From IMG/VR virus record IMGVR_UViG_3300032286_000510, positions 14,932 through 78,931 of that record: a DNA stretch of 64,000 bases, one strand, 5' to 3'. Source of the DNA: a virus. This document shows, piece by piece, positions 15,851-25,305 of this stretch; the stretch's first letter is position 1; every line of letters starts with the position of its first letter. Under the pieces are notes generated by a model. It ran no database searches. It was not told the DNA's origin and was given only the letters and a program-made list of their open reading frames with translations. Both the position numbers and the translations under genes were made by a program.

Positions 15851-17083
15851 ATGAAACTCTATCCCTACCAGCAAACTGCCTTAAATGCCATTCAGCAGCA
15901 CAATAAAGGTGTCGTTGTGATTCCTACTGGTGGTGGCAAAACAGTAGTGATGATGGAAGATGTAAAAGGCAAACTGCTTGCATCTACCTTACCGCTCACA
16001 GTTGTGATTGTGTGCCCTCGTATTATGCTTGCAACACAACTTTGTAGTGAGTTTGAAGAGTATCTCAAAGAGTTTTCAATTTCTATCTCTCACGTTCATA
16101 GTGGTGAAACTCATTATCATTCTACGACTTCACCCGGAAATCTAAAAGCACAAAGTGCGATTGTAAAAGCACTCAATCATCATCACTTTATCTTTACGAC
16201 TTACAACTCACTACAACGTGTGAATGAGTCAGGAATCACTTTGGACGTGGTGTATTTTGATGAAGCACATCATTGTGTGAAACAATCTAACTTCGTTGGT
16301 GTTGCACAAACATCTGCAAGTTCTAATGCTGCGTATTTCTTCACTGCAACTCCACGAGTGAATAATACACCACAATCTATGAATAATACTGATGTGTATG
16401 GTCAAAAGATTGTATCTATTCCTGCACAAGAACTGATTGATGTTGGTAGTATTATTCCCCCACAAGTTGAAGTGTTTGAGCATAGTCATACACGTACAAA
16501 GTTCAATGCTGCGTATGTTGATTCAGAGAACGTGATTGATATTCTTTCTTCGTTTGATGAGACTGGAACACATAAAGTTCTTGTTGCTGCACCATCTACC
16601 AAAGTAATCTGGGAAATGGTATCACAATCTGATGCTCTTCATCGTTTGAATGAAATGGGTTATGAAGTTCTGCATATCACCAGCAAGCACGGTGCTTATA
16701 TCGGCAAGAAGAAAGTATCCCGTGAAGTATTCTTTGATACACTCACTGATTATGGCAACGACCCAGACAAAAAGTTTGTGTTGATGCACTATTCAATTCT
16801 TTCAGAAGGAATGAATGTATCAGGTCTCACTCATTGTATTGTTCTTCGTAATCTTCCAATGATTGAGATGTGCCAAACTATTGGTCGTGTAGTTCGTATG
16901 CACCGTGATGACCGAAAAGCAATCATAGATGGTAAGATTGCAGCAGGACAGTTTCAATTCTATAAGAAACCATATGGTAAGATGATTGTGCCAGTCAATC
17001 AGGGTTTGGGTAAGAACATTCTACGTCAACTTCAAAATGTTGTTGATGCTGTGTTTGTAAAAGGAGAGTTCACTGCTACATAA
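15851..17083 (+). CDS. SF2 (DEAH) helicase, type III restriction Res-like
   Basis: PTGGGKT, FDEAHH, TATP, SEG, QTIGRVVR motifs. Confidence 0.9.
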   Translation: MKLYPYQQTALNAIQQHNKGVVVIPTGGGKTVVMMEDVKGKLLASTLPLTVVIVCPRIMLATQLCSEFEEYLKEFSISISHVHSGETHYHSTTSPGNLKAQSAIVKALNHHHFIFTTYNSLQRVNESGITLDVVYFDEAHHCVKQSNFVGVAQTSASSNAAYFFTATPRVNNTPQSMNNTDVYGQKIVSIPAQELIDVGSIIPPQVEVFEHSHTRTKFNAAYVDSENVIDILSSFDETGTHKVLVAAPSTKVIWEMVSQSDALHRLNEMGYEVLHITSKHGAYIGKKKVSREVFFDTLTDYGNDPDKKFVLMHYSILSEGMNVSGLTHCIVLRNLPMIEMCQTIGRVVRMHRDDRKAIIDGKIAAGQFQFYKKPYGKMIVPVNQGLGKNILRQLQNVVDAVFVKGEFTAT

Positions 17084-17105
17084 TATATGTCCCGCACATA
17101 AACTA

Positions 17106-17270
17106 ATGGTATTTCAAAAAAAGTTCAGTAATTCAGGGGAAACCAAACATATGAGAGTTCCTGTTGTTTATGCTGATTTGATTGATGAACTTATGGTTAT
17201 ATTTGATAAGAAGTTTGAGATAAACAAAGGCAGACACATTCTACGAATCTTTATAGATCGTTTCTTGTGA
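17106..17270 (+). CDS. Small protein, possible ribbon-helix-helix DNA binder
   Basis: 54 aa ORF read by hand: MVFQKKFSNSGETKHMRVPVVYADLIDELM... Confidence 0.45.
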   Translation: MVFQKKFSNSGETKHMRVPVVYADLIDELMVIFDKKFEINKGRHILRIFIDRFL

Positions 17271-17468
17271 GTCTAGCATAGTCATTGTGCCTATGAATGA
17301 ATTTCTTGCAGTAGTTCCGTGATGGGGAGACCTGTTGCAAAAAATTCATCCAACATCAGTCTTACTGAGTCCAATGATACTCTGTGCCGGTTGTAGGGGT
17401 GGCACATAACACTCCCAAACGACCCTAGGACCTGCTATAATAAGAGGACACAAGCACAGAAAACTCAA

Positions 17469-17681
17469 ATGAACTTCAAAGACCGTGATTCCGTCATTGA
17501 TTCTTATGCTCAATACATTCTGGATAGTCTAGATATGGACGCAGTATTGAACATTGCTTATGATACTCTTGTGGGAAATCTCACCGACTATACTAATGAA
17601 CAACTGGCAACAGAAATTGTTGAAAGTTATGGTGAAGAATGGTTTGAAGACCATAATGTAGAAATGGATGAGGCAGTATAG
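17469..17681 (+). CDS. Acidic hypothetical protein
   Basis: After cassette 17383; paralog of 8064..8318. Confidence 0.65.
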   Translation: MNFKDRDSVIDSYAQYILDSLDMDAVLNIAYDTLVGNLTDYTNEQLATEIVESYGEEWFEDHNVEMDEAV

Positions 17682-17767
17682 TGCTGTGCCACTTGTAGCA
17701 CTGGCACACTACACTCCCAAACGACCCTAGGACCTGCTATAATAAGAAGACAAACAAACAAAGACCA

Positions 17768-17971
17768 ATGACTTCTACAATCACCAAAACTCTAACCTTC
17801 ATTGAGGAAACTGATTTGCTTGCGATGGCATATAGTTCTGTTGCTTATATGAAACTCTATGCTGAACAATCTACCGATAACAAAGATTATTGGATGATGC
17901 GAGCAGAACAGTTTGAACGAGTTGCGAATAAATTGAATACTGAAATGCGTCAAAATATGGAGGCAAACTGA
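17768..17971 (+). CDS. Hypothetical protein
   Basis: After cassette 17685. Confidence 0.6.
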   Translation: MTSTITKTLTFIEETDLLAMAYSSVAYMKLYAEQSTDNKDYWMMRAEQFERVANKLNTEMRQNMEAN

Positions 17972-18138
17972 TGATTGTTGCTGATGGTTTTGATTACCCC
18001 AAAGAACCCATCGGCGGTGGTAATCCTTATTACTGTTGCTCTTATTGTAAGAGAAGTGACCCACAAATCAATGGATATATTGGAAACCACCACGAGTGGT
18101 GTGAGTATCGTATTCAAAAAGAATCGGAGGCAAACTGA
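17971..18138 (+). CDS. Small Cys/His-rich (Zn-binding?) protein
   Basis: MIVADGFDYPKEPIGGGNPYYCCSYCKRSDPQINGYIGNHHEWCEY; TGATG coupling. Confidence 0.55.
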   Translation: MIVADGFDYPKEPIGGGNPYYCCSYCKRSDPQINGYIGNHHEWCEYRIQKESEAN

Positions 18139-18323
18139 TGATTTCTAACGGACTTCGTAATCAACTTCAAGAACTTACTCAATCTGCTAATCTCACACCT
18201 GATGTTGTGAGTGTTGTTCGCAATCTTATGGAGAGTTCTTATAGTGAAGGGTATAGTGATGGTCTTGAAGAAGGAAGATATCAAGAAAGTTATGCGAATT
18301 CTATGAGTTATCTTGGAGATTAA
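18138..18323 (+). CDS. Hypothetical protein
   Basis: Coupled ORF. Confidence 0.55.
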   Translation: MISNGLRNQLQELTQSANLTPDVVSVVRNLMESSYSEGYSDGLEEGRYQESYANSMSYLGD

Positions 18324-18325
18324 AA

Positions 18326-18508
18326 ATGACTGATTTGGAAAAAGTTTTATTGCTGGAAGAAATCTTGACCGAAAAGCAAATGTCTTCCTTGCGGGATATG
18401 TTGTCCCATTACAAAGAGTTTCAGGAAGAACTTTACAACTATCCTGAACCTGATACTTTATTTACGAAAACTCAACGAGAACTCTTCACCATTTTTGACA
18501 TCGTATGA
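18326..18508 (+). CDS. Hypothetical protein
   Basis: GGAG RBS. Confidence 0.55.
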   Translation: MTDLEKVLLLEEILTEKQMSSLRDMLSHYKEFQEELYNYPEPDTLFTKTQRELFTIFDIV

Positions 18509-18753
18509 ACCGAACACTACAACAACTGAAAGAATCAGTAGAAAAACTGATTGAACAACAAGGAGCAAACGCATCTTGTGCTGCTTTCATCTTCACAAAG
18601 GATGATGTATATGTGGAGAATGATGATTGTGAGCAGGTCTATTGTAGTGAGGAAATCACTAACAAAGTCCTCAATGATTTGGATGAAACTGATTATATTT
18701 TAGGAAAAGCATTCGATTGTATTGATGATTACATCCAGGAGCACACAAAATGA
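18505..18753 (+). CDS. Hypothetical protein
   Basis: ATGA coupling. Confidence 0.6.
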   Translation: MNRTLQQLKESVEKLIEQQGANASCAAFIFTKDDVYVENDDCEQVYCSEEITNKVLNDLDETDYILGKAFDCIDDYIQEHTK

Positions 18754-18947
18754 CTCAAATCTCTTTCACATCTGGTGAGTTGTATGACATTATCTCTGCT
18801 CTTCAACTTGTAGAAGAATATGATGATGGATACCACCAAGGTGCTGCTTATTATCAAAATATGATTCAACAATTTGAACTCATTCATTCTAAATTGCTAG
18901 AACGACCGGGGGAAGATAGAGTATCGTACCTGATATTAGCAGATTGA
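18750..18947 (+). CDS. Hypothetical protein
   Basis: ATGA coupling, AGGAG RBS. Confidence 0.6.
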   Translation: MTQISFTSGELYDIISALQLVEEYDDGYHQGAAYYQNMIQQFELIHSKLLERPGEDRVSYLILAD

Positions 18948-19035
18948 CCCTGTGTGCCACTTGTAGCACTGGCACACTAAACGAGCACAGACCCCAAAAT
19001 CTGCTATAATAAGAGGACACAAGCAAAGGAAACTG

Positions 19036-19248
19036 ATGGATAATCAATTCAAACCACAGATTACTTTGTGGACCCGCAAAGAACCAAATCTTAAATGTTT
19101 GCTTCTTCGTATTCTTACTCCGATTGCTGGACTGATTGATTCTCTCATTTCTATTTTTACTCTCACTCTTGTTGTGAGTAATTTTGAAATGGAAGTAGTC
19201 ACTCTTCACGCATACGAATACTTTCAGTCCAAAATCAAACAAAAATAA
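19036..19248 (+). CDS. Hypothetical protein
   Basis: After cassette 18953. Confidence 0.55.
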   Translation: MDNQFKPQITLWTRKEPNLKCLLLRILTPIAGLIDSLISIFTLTLVVSNFEMEVVTLHAYEYFQSKIKQK

Positions 19249-19555
19249 ATGAACTACCTTTGCTTGGTTGATGGTCTTGTTGTGTTTGCTAGCACCAGTT
19301 CAAGTTCTTTTGCTCACTATCAACTGATGTATGCCACAGAACACCAAGATGCTGATGTTCAGTATCTCACACTGACTGATGAAGAGTATGATGCTATGTT
19401 TCCTGTGGAGAATGAAGAATGAAAGTGAAAGATAAATTACTGATTGTCTGTATTGCTATTGCTATGTTTCCAGGTTTTGTATCTGGTATTCATTATCTCA
19501 AAAGAGACATCACTTTTCTTTATTGTTCTATGATTGTTTGTATGGAGGAAAAAGA

Positions 19556-19735
19556 ATGACTGTTGCTGAATGGATTGAGAAACTCAAAGAGTTTCCACAA
19601 GACAAAGAAGTAAAAATCACTGATGGGTTTAAGTCTCACTTTTACGAAGGTGATTTTGACTTCCAACTCTTTGAGGATCTAGATGGTTTTACCTTTGTTG
19701 ATATTGGTATTGGTGAATTTCAGGTAGAAGAATGA
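19556..19735 (+). CDS. Hypothetical protein (MTVAEWIEKLKEFPQD family)
   Basis: GGAGG RBS then ATG 19556. Confidence 0.6.
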   Translation: MTVAEWIEKLKEFPQDKEVKITDGFKSHFYEGDFDFQLFEDLDGFTFVDIGIGEFQVEE

Positions 19736-19910
19736 AACTTACTAATTGTAATATGAATCAAGTAGAGTGGAATCAATTGTATTCCAAACTCTATGATGCT
19801 TATTCTTACTCTGCGAATCGTGATGAACAGATTCGCAAGAATCTTGGAGAGATGTTAGAATATATGATTGAATACAAACAACAATTTTACACACGTCCTT
19901 CTTAATTCAA

Positions 19911-20177
19911 ATGGAACTCTCACAAATCCTCACACTATCCACGGCACACCTTCATCCTTTGGAAGGAGCAAAGATTGATAAGGTTGCTTATATCTCCAGT
20001 GATACACTTTCTTTGATAAATGCTTCACCAGAAATATATGATTATTATATCAAAGAAAGTGTGCCTTGTTTAGTAGAATTACTGAAATTGGTTAAGGAAC
20101 AATATAATGATGTTGCTTATGTATTGTTTGACCCCGATGCTGGTGTAGTAGATTATATTAAATCATACGATTGGTGA
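19911..20177 (+). CDS. Hypothetical protein (LSTAHL family)
   Basis: LSTAHL and Y.LFDPD motifs. Confidence 0.6.
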   Translation: MELSQILTLSTAHLHPLEGAKIDKVAYISSDTLSLINASPEIYDYYIKESVPCLVELLKLVKEQYNDVAYVLFDPDAGVVDYIKSYDW

Positions 20178-20482
20178 TTAGTGATTGACCCTATGTGCCA
20201 GTTGTAGCACTGGCACACTAAATGAGCACAGGTCGTAGGACCTGCTATAATAAGAGGACACAAGCAAAGGAACGGACTTGATGACGACCGCACAAAAGTT
20301 GGAAAAAGCATTTCTTTTGAATGTTTTTGCTTTGGTGAATGAAGTTCAAGGTAAGCACAAACTTCCTTCGCAGTTTCATTCTAAGCAACGTTCTTCTTGG
20401 GTGAAGCAAAATCATAATCCCAAGCAAAAGAAAGATGCTCTTTCTCGTGTTTGAACTCAACTAACTCATTTCTTCTTCTATT

Positions 20483-20686
20483 ATGTCTTCTTCTTCCTCT
20501 TCTTCCTCCGGTGGAATTGGTTTCACTGGTGCTCTGACTGTATTGTTTATTGGTCTAAAACTCACTCACGTTATTTCTTGGCCTTGGTTGTGGGTATTGT
20601 CTCCCATTTGGATTGGTTTGCTAATTGGTTTGACTGTTATTGGTGTTCTTCTCATCATTCTTATTATTGCTGGTCTCTTCAAATGA
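20483..20686 (+). CDS. Small membrane protein (LKL..VI.W.W.WVLSP.W phage family)
   Basis: Poly-Ser N-terminus, two TM segments. Confidence 0.7.
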   Translation: MSSSSSSSSGGIGFTGALTVLFIGLKLTHVISWPWLWVLSPIWIGLLIGLTVIGVLLIILIIAGLFK

Positions 20687-20949
20687 ACTTCTCTGATTTA
20701 CAATTTCAACCCCATCCTATTGGTAATGGTGTTCAGGCAAAACACTTCTTTGATAATGGTTATGGTGTAAGTGTTGTAAAGTTTAATGGTTCTTATGGTT
20801 ATAAACAAGGATTGTATGAGAGTGCCGTTCTCAAAGGAACAGAAGAAGATTTTCAAATCTGCTATGATACTGTAATTGCTGATGATGTTCTAGGTTATCA
20901 ATCCGAAGAAGAAGTTGAAGTTCTATTGTATGAAGTGGAGAATCTCTGA
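20683..20949 (+). CDS. Conserved phage hypothetical protein (FDNGYGVSVV)
   Basis: ATGA coupling; family motif. Confidence 0.7.
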   Translation: MNFSDLQFQPHPIGNGVQAKHFFDNGYGVSVVKFNGSYGYKQGLYESAVLKGTEEDFQICYDTVIADDVLGYQSEEEVEVLLYEVENL

Positions 20950-21194
20950 ATGAATCCTTTTCTTGATGAAGTTCAAATTGAAGAAGACACACTCAATCAA
21001 ATCTTTGAAGATTTGGAGTATGTTATTCATTGGGAATCAATTTATGAAACTAATGAAGAAGATTGGCAAGGTGTAGAATCTAGTGCCAGTCTTATGTGTC
21101 TCGCATGGTCAATGTGCCAGATGTAGCACTGGCACATAACACTCCCAAACCACCTCAATCCGTGCTATGATTACGGAGTAATCAAAACAAAGCA

Positions 21195-21614
21195 ATGTCT
21201 AACACTCTCACGATGAACTACAAAGAACTTTATTCTCAGGAAACTGTTGATAAAATTGAAGAACTGATTGCTGATTCTTATGCTCTGGATGATATTGTAG
21301 ATTTCATTGCTGAAACTTCGGAAGAATCTTTCCGCAGTTATTATCAAACCTATGTTGAAACTGGTGAAGAGTATTCTTATGAAGCAGTAGATGCTTTCAT
21401 TGAAGAGTTTGGTCTTCATTCTTTGGTTGGTGATAACTTTCAAGATGCTTATCTGGGTCAATATGATTCCAAAGCAGATTATGCCGAGCAATATGTAAGT
21501 GAATGTTATTCTGTGGAAGTTCCTAGTTTTGTGGAAGTTGATTGGGAAGCAACATTTGATAATATGGATGTTGTAATGAGTGATACTGGTTATGTGTTTG
21601 ACAATCAATTCTGA
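21195..21614 (+). CDS. ArdA-like antirestriction (DNA-mimic) protein
   Basis: Very acidic; C-terminal FQDAYLGQYDS.ADYAEQYV...VPSFVEVDWEA...GYVF resembles ArdA C-domain; first gene behind early promoter. Confidence 0.65.
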   Translation: MSNTLTMNYKELYSQETVDKIEELIADSYALDDIVDFIAETSEESFRSYYQTYVETGEEYSYEAVDAFIEEFGLHSLVGDNFQDAYLGQYDSKADYAEQYVSECYSVEVPSFVEVDWEATFDNMDVVMSDTGYVFDNQF

Positions 21615-21620
21615 ATCATT

Positions 21621-21884
21621 ATGAAACTTCAATCGCAAGACAATCCGTTGGTGGTTGATTTTTATCCCACCAAAACCTTGACTGGTAATGTATCCAAAGA
21701 GTGGTTTCTCAAAACTATCACATTTCAAGGAAAGACATTATCTAAGATGATGCTCAACCGAATTGAAATGAATCTTGAAGTTCAAACTTATTTGAACAAT
21801 GATTCAATTCCTTTTGAAGTTGTAGATTTCAATACACTTCCTCAATTTGTGGAAGACCATTTTGCTGAACCATTTTCTGCCTGA
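21621..21884 (+). CDS. Hypothetical protein
   Basis: ORF in operon. Confidence 0.6.
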   Translation: MKLQSQDNPLVVDFYPTKTLTGNVSKEWFLKTITFQGKTLSKMMLNRIEMNLEVQTYLNNDSIPFEVVDFNTLPQFVEDHFAEPFSA

Positions 21885-21890
21885 ATTATT

Positions 21891-22073
21891 ATGGAAGTCT
21901 ATGCTGTGATTGGTGGTTCTTATTTTGGTGGGGAAGATTTTGATACATTGGAACTCTTTGATTGTAAATCAACTTCGGAAGCATATGCCCATAAACTGGT
22001 AGAAGAAGATGGGTGTGATTATTTTAGAATGGACATCAGAGAAGTTAATATGGAATCGGCAATCAAACTATAG
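21891..22073 (+). CDS. Hypothetical protein
   Basis: ORF in operon. Confidence 0.6.
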   Translation: MEVYAVIGGSYFGGEDFDTLELFDCKSTSEAYAHKLVEEDGCDYFRMDIREVNMESAIKL

Positions 22074-22159
22074 TCGGTGTGCCACTTGTAGGGGTGGCAC
22101 ACTATATCCCCAAACCCCCTCAATCCGTGCTATGATTACGGAGTAATCAAGACAAAACG

Positions 22160-22363
22160 ATGAAGTTTCAAGTTACTCAAATTGAGTTTGATTTTGAGAT
22201 GGAGGATGATGAGTATCCTTCAGTTGATTATCAACAAGCACTCAGATATGACACAATCGGTCAAATCTGGGATGCTGATGATGCTGATGATTTAGTGGAA
22301 GAAATTACTTGTGCCACTGGTTGGTGTATCAAGTCTATTGATTATCGCATCATTCTTTCCTAG
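22160..22363 (+). CDS. Cyanophage-type hypothetical protein
   Basis: F.VT.IEFDF...DDLVEEIT..TGWCIKSIDY motif. Confidence 0.7.
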   Translation: MKFQVTQIEFDFEMEDDEYPSVDYQQALRYDTIGQIWDADDADDLVEEITCATGWCIKSIDYRIILS

Positions 22364-22390
22364 TCTTACACACAACTAACAAACAAACAA

Positions 22391-22693
22391 ATGTCTTATT
22401 CTGAAAAGTACCAGCAACTGGAAAATCAAATTCAAGAACTTCAAGCAGAAGTTGAAAGATTGAAGCAAGAAGAAACAAATAACAAACTTCCTCGTAATTT
22501 TGCGATTGATGTTGTCAAAAAAATCCTTGATGATGGTGATACTAATTACCTTGATGATGCCTTTGATTGGGTTGATACGAAACAAGGATATACTTATTGG
22601 AATGACATCTTTGACATTGAACCACTTCGTAAGAAAGATATCATTCAACTTCAAAAATGGGTGATTATCTATCTGGAACAAAATCAAAAGTAA
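22391..22693 (+). CDS. Coiled-coil paralog family member 1
   Basis: KYQQLE.QIQELQ.EVERLKQEE ... AFDW..T.QG..YW ... IIQLQKWVII. Confidence 0.7.
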   Translation: MSYSEKYQQLENQIQELQAEVERLKQEETNNKLPRNFAIDVVKKILDDGDTNYLDDAFDWVDTKQGYTYWNDIFDIEPLRKKDIIQLQKWVIIYLEQNQK

Positions 22694-22736
22694 ATCATAA
22701 TTCTTAATCATTCAAACACACATTACAAACAACTTT

Positions 22737-22937
22737 ATGAACTCTGACAAGCAACGCAATTCTCAAATTGAAGTTTCGGTTGATTATATGAACGATCAAG
22801 TTTTTCATCTTATCAATGACAATCAAGCAGAGAATGCGAAAGCAATTCTAATGGAATGGGAAGAATTGATGACACACGAAGATGGTGATGATTCAGTTAC
22901 GGTTATTTGGATGAAGAATCTAGCAGGGTCTTACTGA
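22737..22937 (+). CDS. Hypothetical protein
   Basis: ORF. Confidence 0.55.
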   Translation: MNSDKQRNSQIEVSVDYMNDQVFHLINDNQAENAKAILMEWEELMTHEDGDDSVTVIWMKNLAGSY

Positions 22938-23249
22938 GTCCAATGATGCGATGTGCCAGTAATCCTTCTGGCACATAACACTCCCAAACGACCCTAGGAC
23001 CTGCTATGATAAGAGGACACAAGCAAAGGAAACCAAAGTGAAGTTCAGTAAGGCACAATCTGTGATTATTGAAGAGATCGGAAATACAAATTGTGTTCTA
23101 AATCATTCACAACGGATGCGAGCAATTCAACCTATGCTTGATTCCAACATCATCAAACGCACAGTGATTTATGGTCCTGAGGGTTGGGGCATTGGTTATC
23201 ACTGGGAATTAGTTTAGTTCATTTCTCAACCAACTCAACAACCAACAAA

Positions 23250-23573
23250 ATGAAAAAGTACGAACAACTCGAATCTCAGATTCAAGAACTTCAAGCAAAA
23301 GTTGAAAGACTGAAACAAGAAGAAGCAAGCAATAAACTTCCTGATTACTTTGATGTTTGTCTTGTCAAAAAAGTAATTGCTGGTGATAATAGTAGCCTTC
23401 ATGGTGCCTTTGATTGGGATGTTACTCCACAAGGTTATGATTATTGGGGGCGCATCTATTATAAGTATCAACCACTAACTGACAAGGACATCATTCAACT
23501 TCAAAAATGGGTGATTATCTGTCTGGAACTAATTAAAAGTACAACTTACTACACTCAACAACCAACAAAATGA
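23250..23573 (+). CDS. Coiled-coil paralog family member 2
   Basis: Paralog of 22391; ATG 23250. Confidence 0.7.
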   Translation: MKKYEQLESQIQELQAKVERLKQEEASNKLPDYFDVCLVKKVIAGDNSSLHGAFDWDVTPQGYDYWGRIYYKYQPLTDKDIIQLQKWVIICLELIKSTTYYTQQPTK

Positions 23574-24037
23574 AAAAGTACCAGCAACTCGAATCTCAAA
23601 TTGAAGAACTTCAGAAAGAAGTTGAACGTCTCAAACAAGAAGAAACAGAACAAATTGATCTTTCAACTTGTATTGCCGGACAATTAGTTCAACTTCGCAA
23701 TGGTCAGTTTGAGTATTACGAATATAAAGATGAGGCAGGTTTTTATATTGTTGGTGGTGAGCCTTTTAATCAGGATGGAAGTTATTTTGTTAAATATACT
23801 GAACCCCAGTATGATGTAGTGAAAGTCTTTCCTGCCGAGATTCCAGTTCCTGATTCATTTAATGTTTCTCGTGCCAAGAAAGTTCTAAAAGGAGATGTTT
23901 ATTGTCTTGGAGGTTCATTTGGTTTTGATGATACTCCGCAAGGAGATAAGTATTGGAGAGATATTTTCACTGGTAAAACTCATCTTTCTCTTGGTGATAT
24001 GATCTTCATTCAGAAGTGGATTATTCAATCACCCTGA
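23570..24037 (+). CDS. Coiled-coil paralog family member 3 (with internal insertion)
   Basis: Same N- and C-terminal motifs with ~60 aa insert. Confidence 0.7.
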   Translation: MKKYQQLESQIEELQKEVERLKQEETEQIDLSTCIAGQLVQLRNGQFEYYEYKDEAGFYIVGGEPFNQDGSYFVKYTEPQYDVVKVFPAEIPVPDSFNVSRAKKVLKGDVYCLGGSFGFDDTPQGDKYWRDIFTGKTHLSLGDMIFIQKWIIQSP

Positions 24038-24476
24038 ACGGTTAGCATACATAAGGGATGCTGATGTCTCTAACAACCGTAGACCCCTTGACAACCACCT
24101 CAAAAGGTGCTATGATAAGGGGACAGACAAACAAAAGAAAATGAGTGAGTTTCAAAAAATCATTCAAGAAGCAAACTTTCAATCAAAGTCAAAGAACCAA
24201 TTTATTCAAGAACTTTTGAAAGATAAAGTGTTCTGTTCATTGATGATTGAATCTTGTTTGATTGGATTTGTAGAGGGTGTGGTAGAAGCTATATTTCCTG
24301 ATAAAAATAACTAATCTCTCACTCTCACCCATTCATTCAAAACACAATGACAACTCGTTTCACCTACGACATCAAAACTCAACAACTTGTTTATGCTCTT
24401 GTTGATAAAGATGGTGTTTGTAAGTATCTGACTACTTCCATCACTGATGCTATCAAACTCACTCAAAAGAACTGAA

Positions 24477-24692
24477 ATGAAAAACTTTGATCTCTTTCAA
24501 TTTCTTGTAGTTGTTGGAGTTGTTGTTATTTTTCTAGCAGCTCCTATTGTTGGTGCGGGTAGGGTAATCGTAACACAACAAGCAATCAATCAAGAATGTA
24601 AGACTAATTATTCTTTCATTCAAGTTGCTCTTGCTGGAAATAATCTTTCACGCATTTGCCAAATCAAAAATCAAACCATCACCATCAAATAA
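24477..24692 (+). CDS. Small membrane protein
   Basis: N-terminal TM helix. Confidence 0.55.
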   Translation: MKNFDLFQFLVVVGVVVIFLAAPIVGAGRVIVTQQAINQECKTNYSFIQVALAGNNLSRICQIKNQTITIK

Positions 24693-24697
24693 CTAAA

Positions 24698-24907
24698 ATG
24701 ATTTTACTTCACAAAGAAGATCAAGGTGCTATTTACACTCTTGATGAGTTCAATGAGTTATTAGTTGCTCCTATTTACACTGATGGTTCAATCAATCTGA
24801 ATGAGTTTGATGTTGTAGATATTGACCAATGTGATGATGAATATGAACTGCTAGATATTCAAAATGAACTAATTTCTATGTCCTCTGTATCTCTTGTTAC
24901 AAAATGA
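24698..24907 (+). CDS. Acidic hypothetical protein
   Basis: ATG 24698 in frame with listed ORF. Confidence 0.55.
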   Translation: MILLHKEDQGAIYTLDEFNELLVAPIYTDGSINLNEFDVVDIDQCDDEYELLDIQNELISMSSVSLVTK

Positions 24908-25092
24908 TTGATATGCGGGTCACTTCTAACTATGGTTACATTCATACCAAGTTATTTTATCTTGGATGGAGTCATTGTCAATCAAAAGATGAAGAACAAT
25001 TTGGTTTTTCTATTGGTAATTTGTATGTTGGAGTATATAATCATCAATGGTTTGGTGGATTTCTTGATGAAAATGGTGTATTGAAAGAATGA
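24904..25092 (+). CDS. Hypothetical protein
   Basis: ATGA coupling; last early gene. Confidence 0.55.
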   Translation: MIDMRVTSNYGYIHTKLFYLGWSHCQSKDEEQFGFSIGNLYVGVYNHQWFGGFLDENGVLKE

Positions 25093-25148
25093 AATAAATG
25101 TATTAAAAAACATTATGTGTTGATTTGTTAATGATTTGTTAATTGTAT

Positions 25149-25252
25149 CTTTATGTGTTAATGAGTTCTTCTATCTGTTAATGCTTGATTGAACCTTCTA
25201 CTTTATGTGTTAATGAGTTCTTTTATCTGTTAATGCTTGATTGAACCTTCTA
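25149..25252. repeat. 2 x 52-bp tandem repeat
   Basis: CTTTATGTGTTAATGAGTTCTT(C/T)TATCTGTTAATGCTTGATTGAACCTTCTA twice, one mismatch. Confidence 0.9.
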
Positions 25253-25276
25253 CTTTTTATGGGTCTAAGCCCGCTA

Positions 25277-25305
25277 ATTATAACACAAACCACCTCAAAT
25301 GTCAA
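25277..25305 (-). promoter_or_regulatory. Consensus sigma70 promoter pointing leftward
   Basis: Minus strand TTGACA (25305-25300), 17 bp, TG-T-TATAAT (25282-25277). Confidence 0.8.

Noticed and set aside
11321-22975. Repeats as CRISPR array or integron attC sites
   Set aside because: Spacing is hundreds to thousands of bp with genes between; no cas or integrase in the window; no GTTRRRY core pattern.
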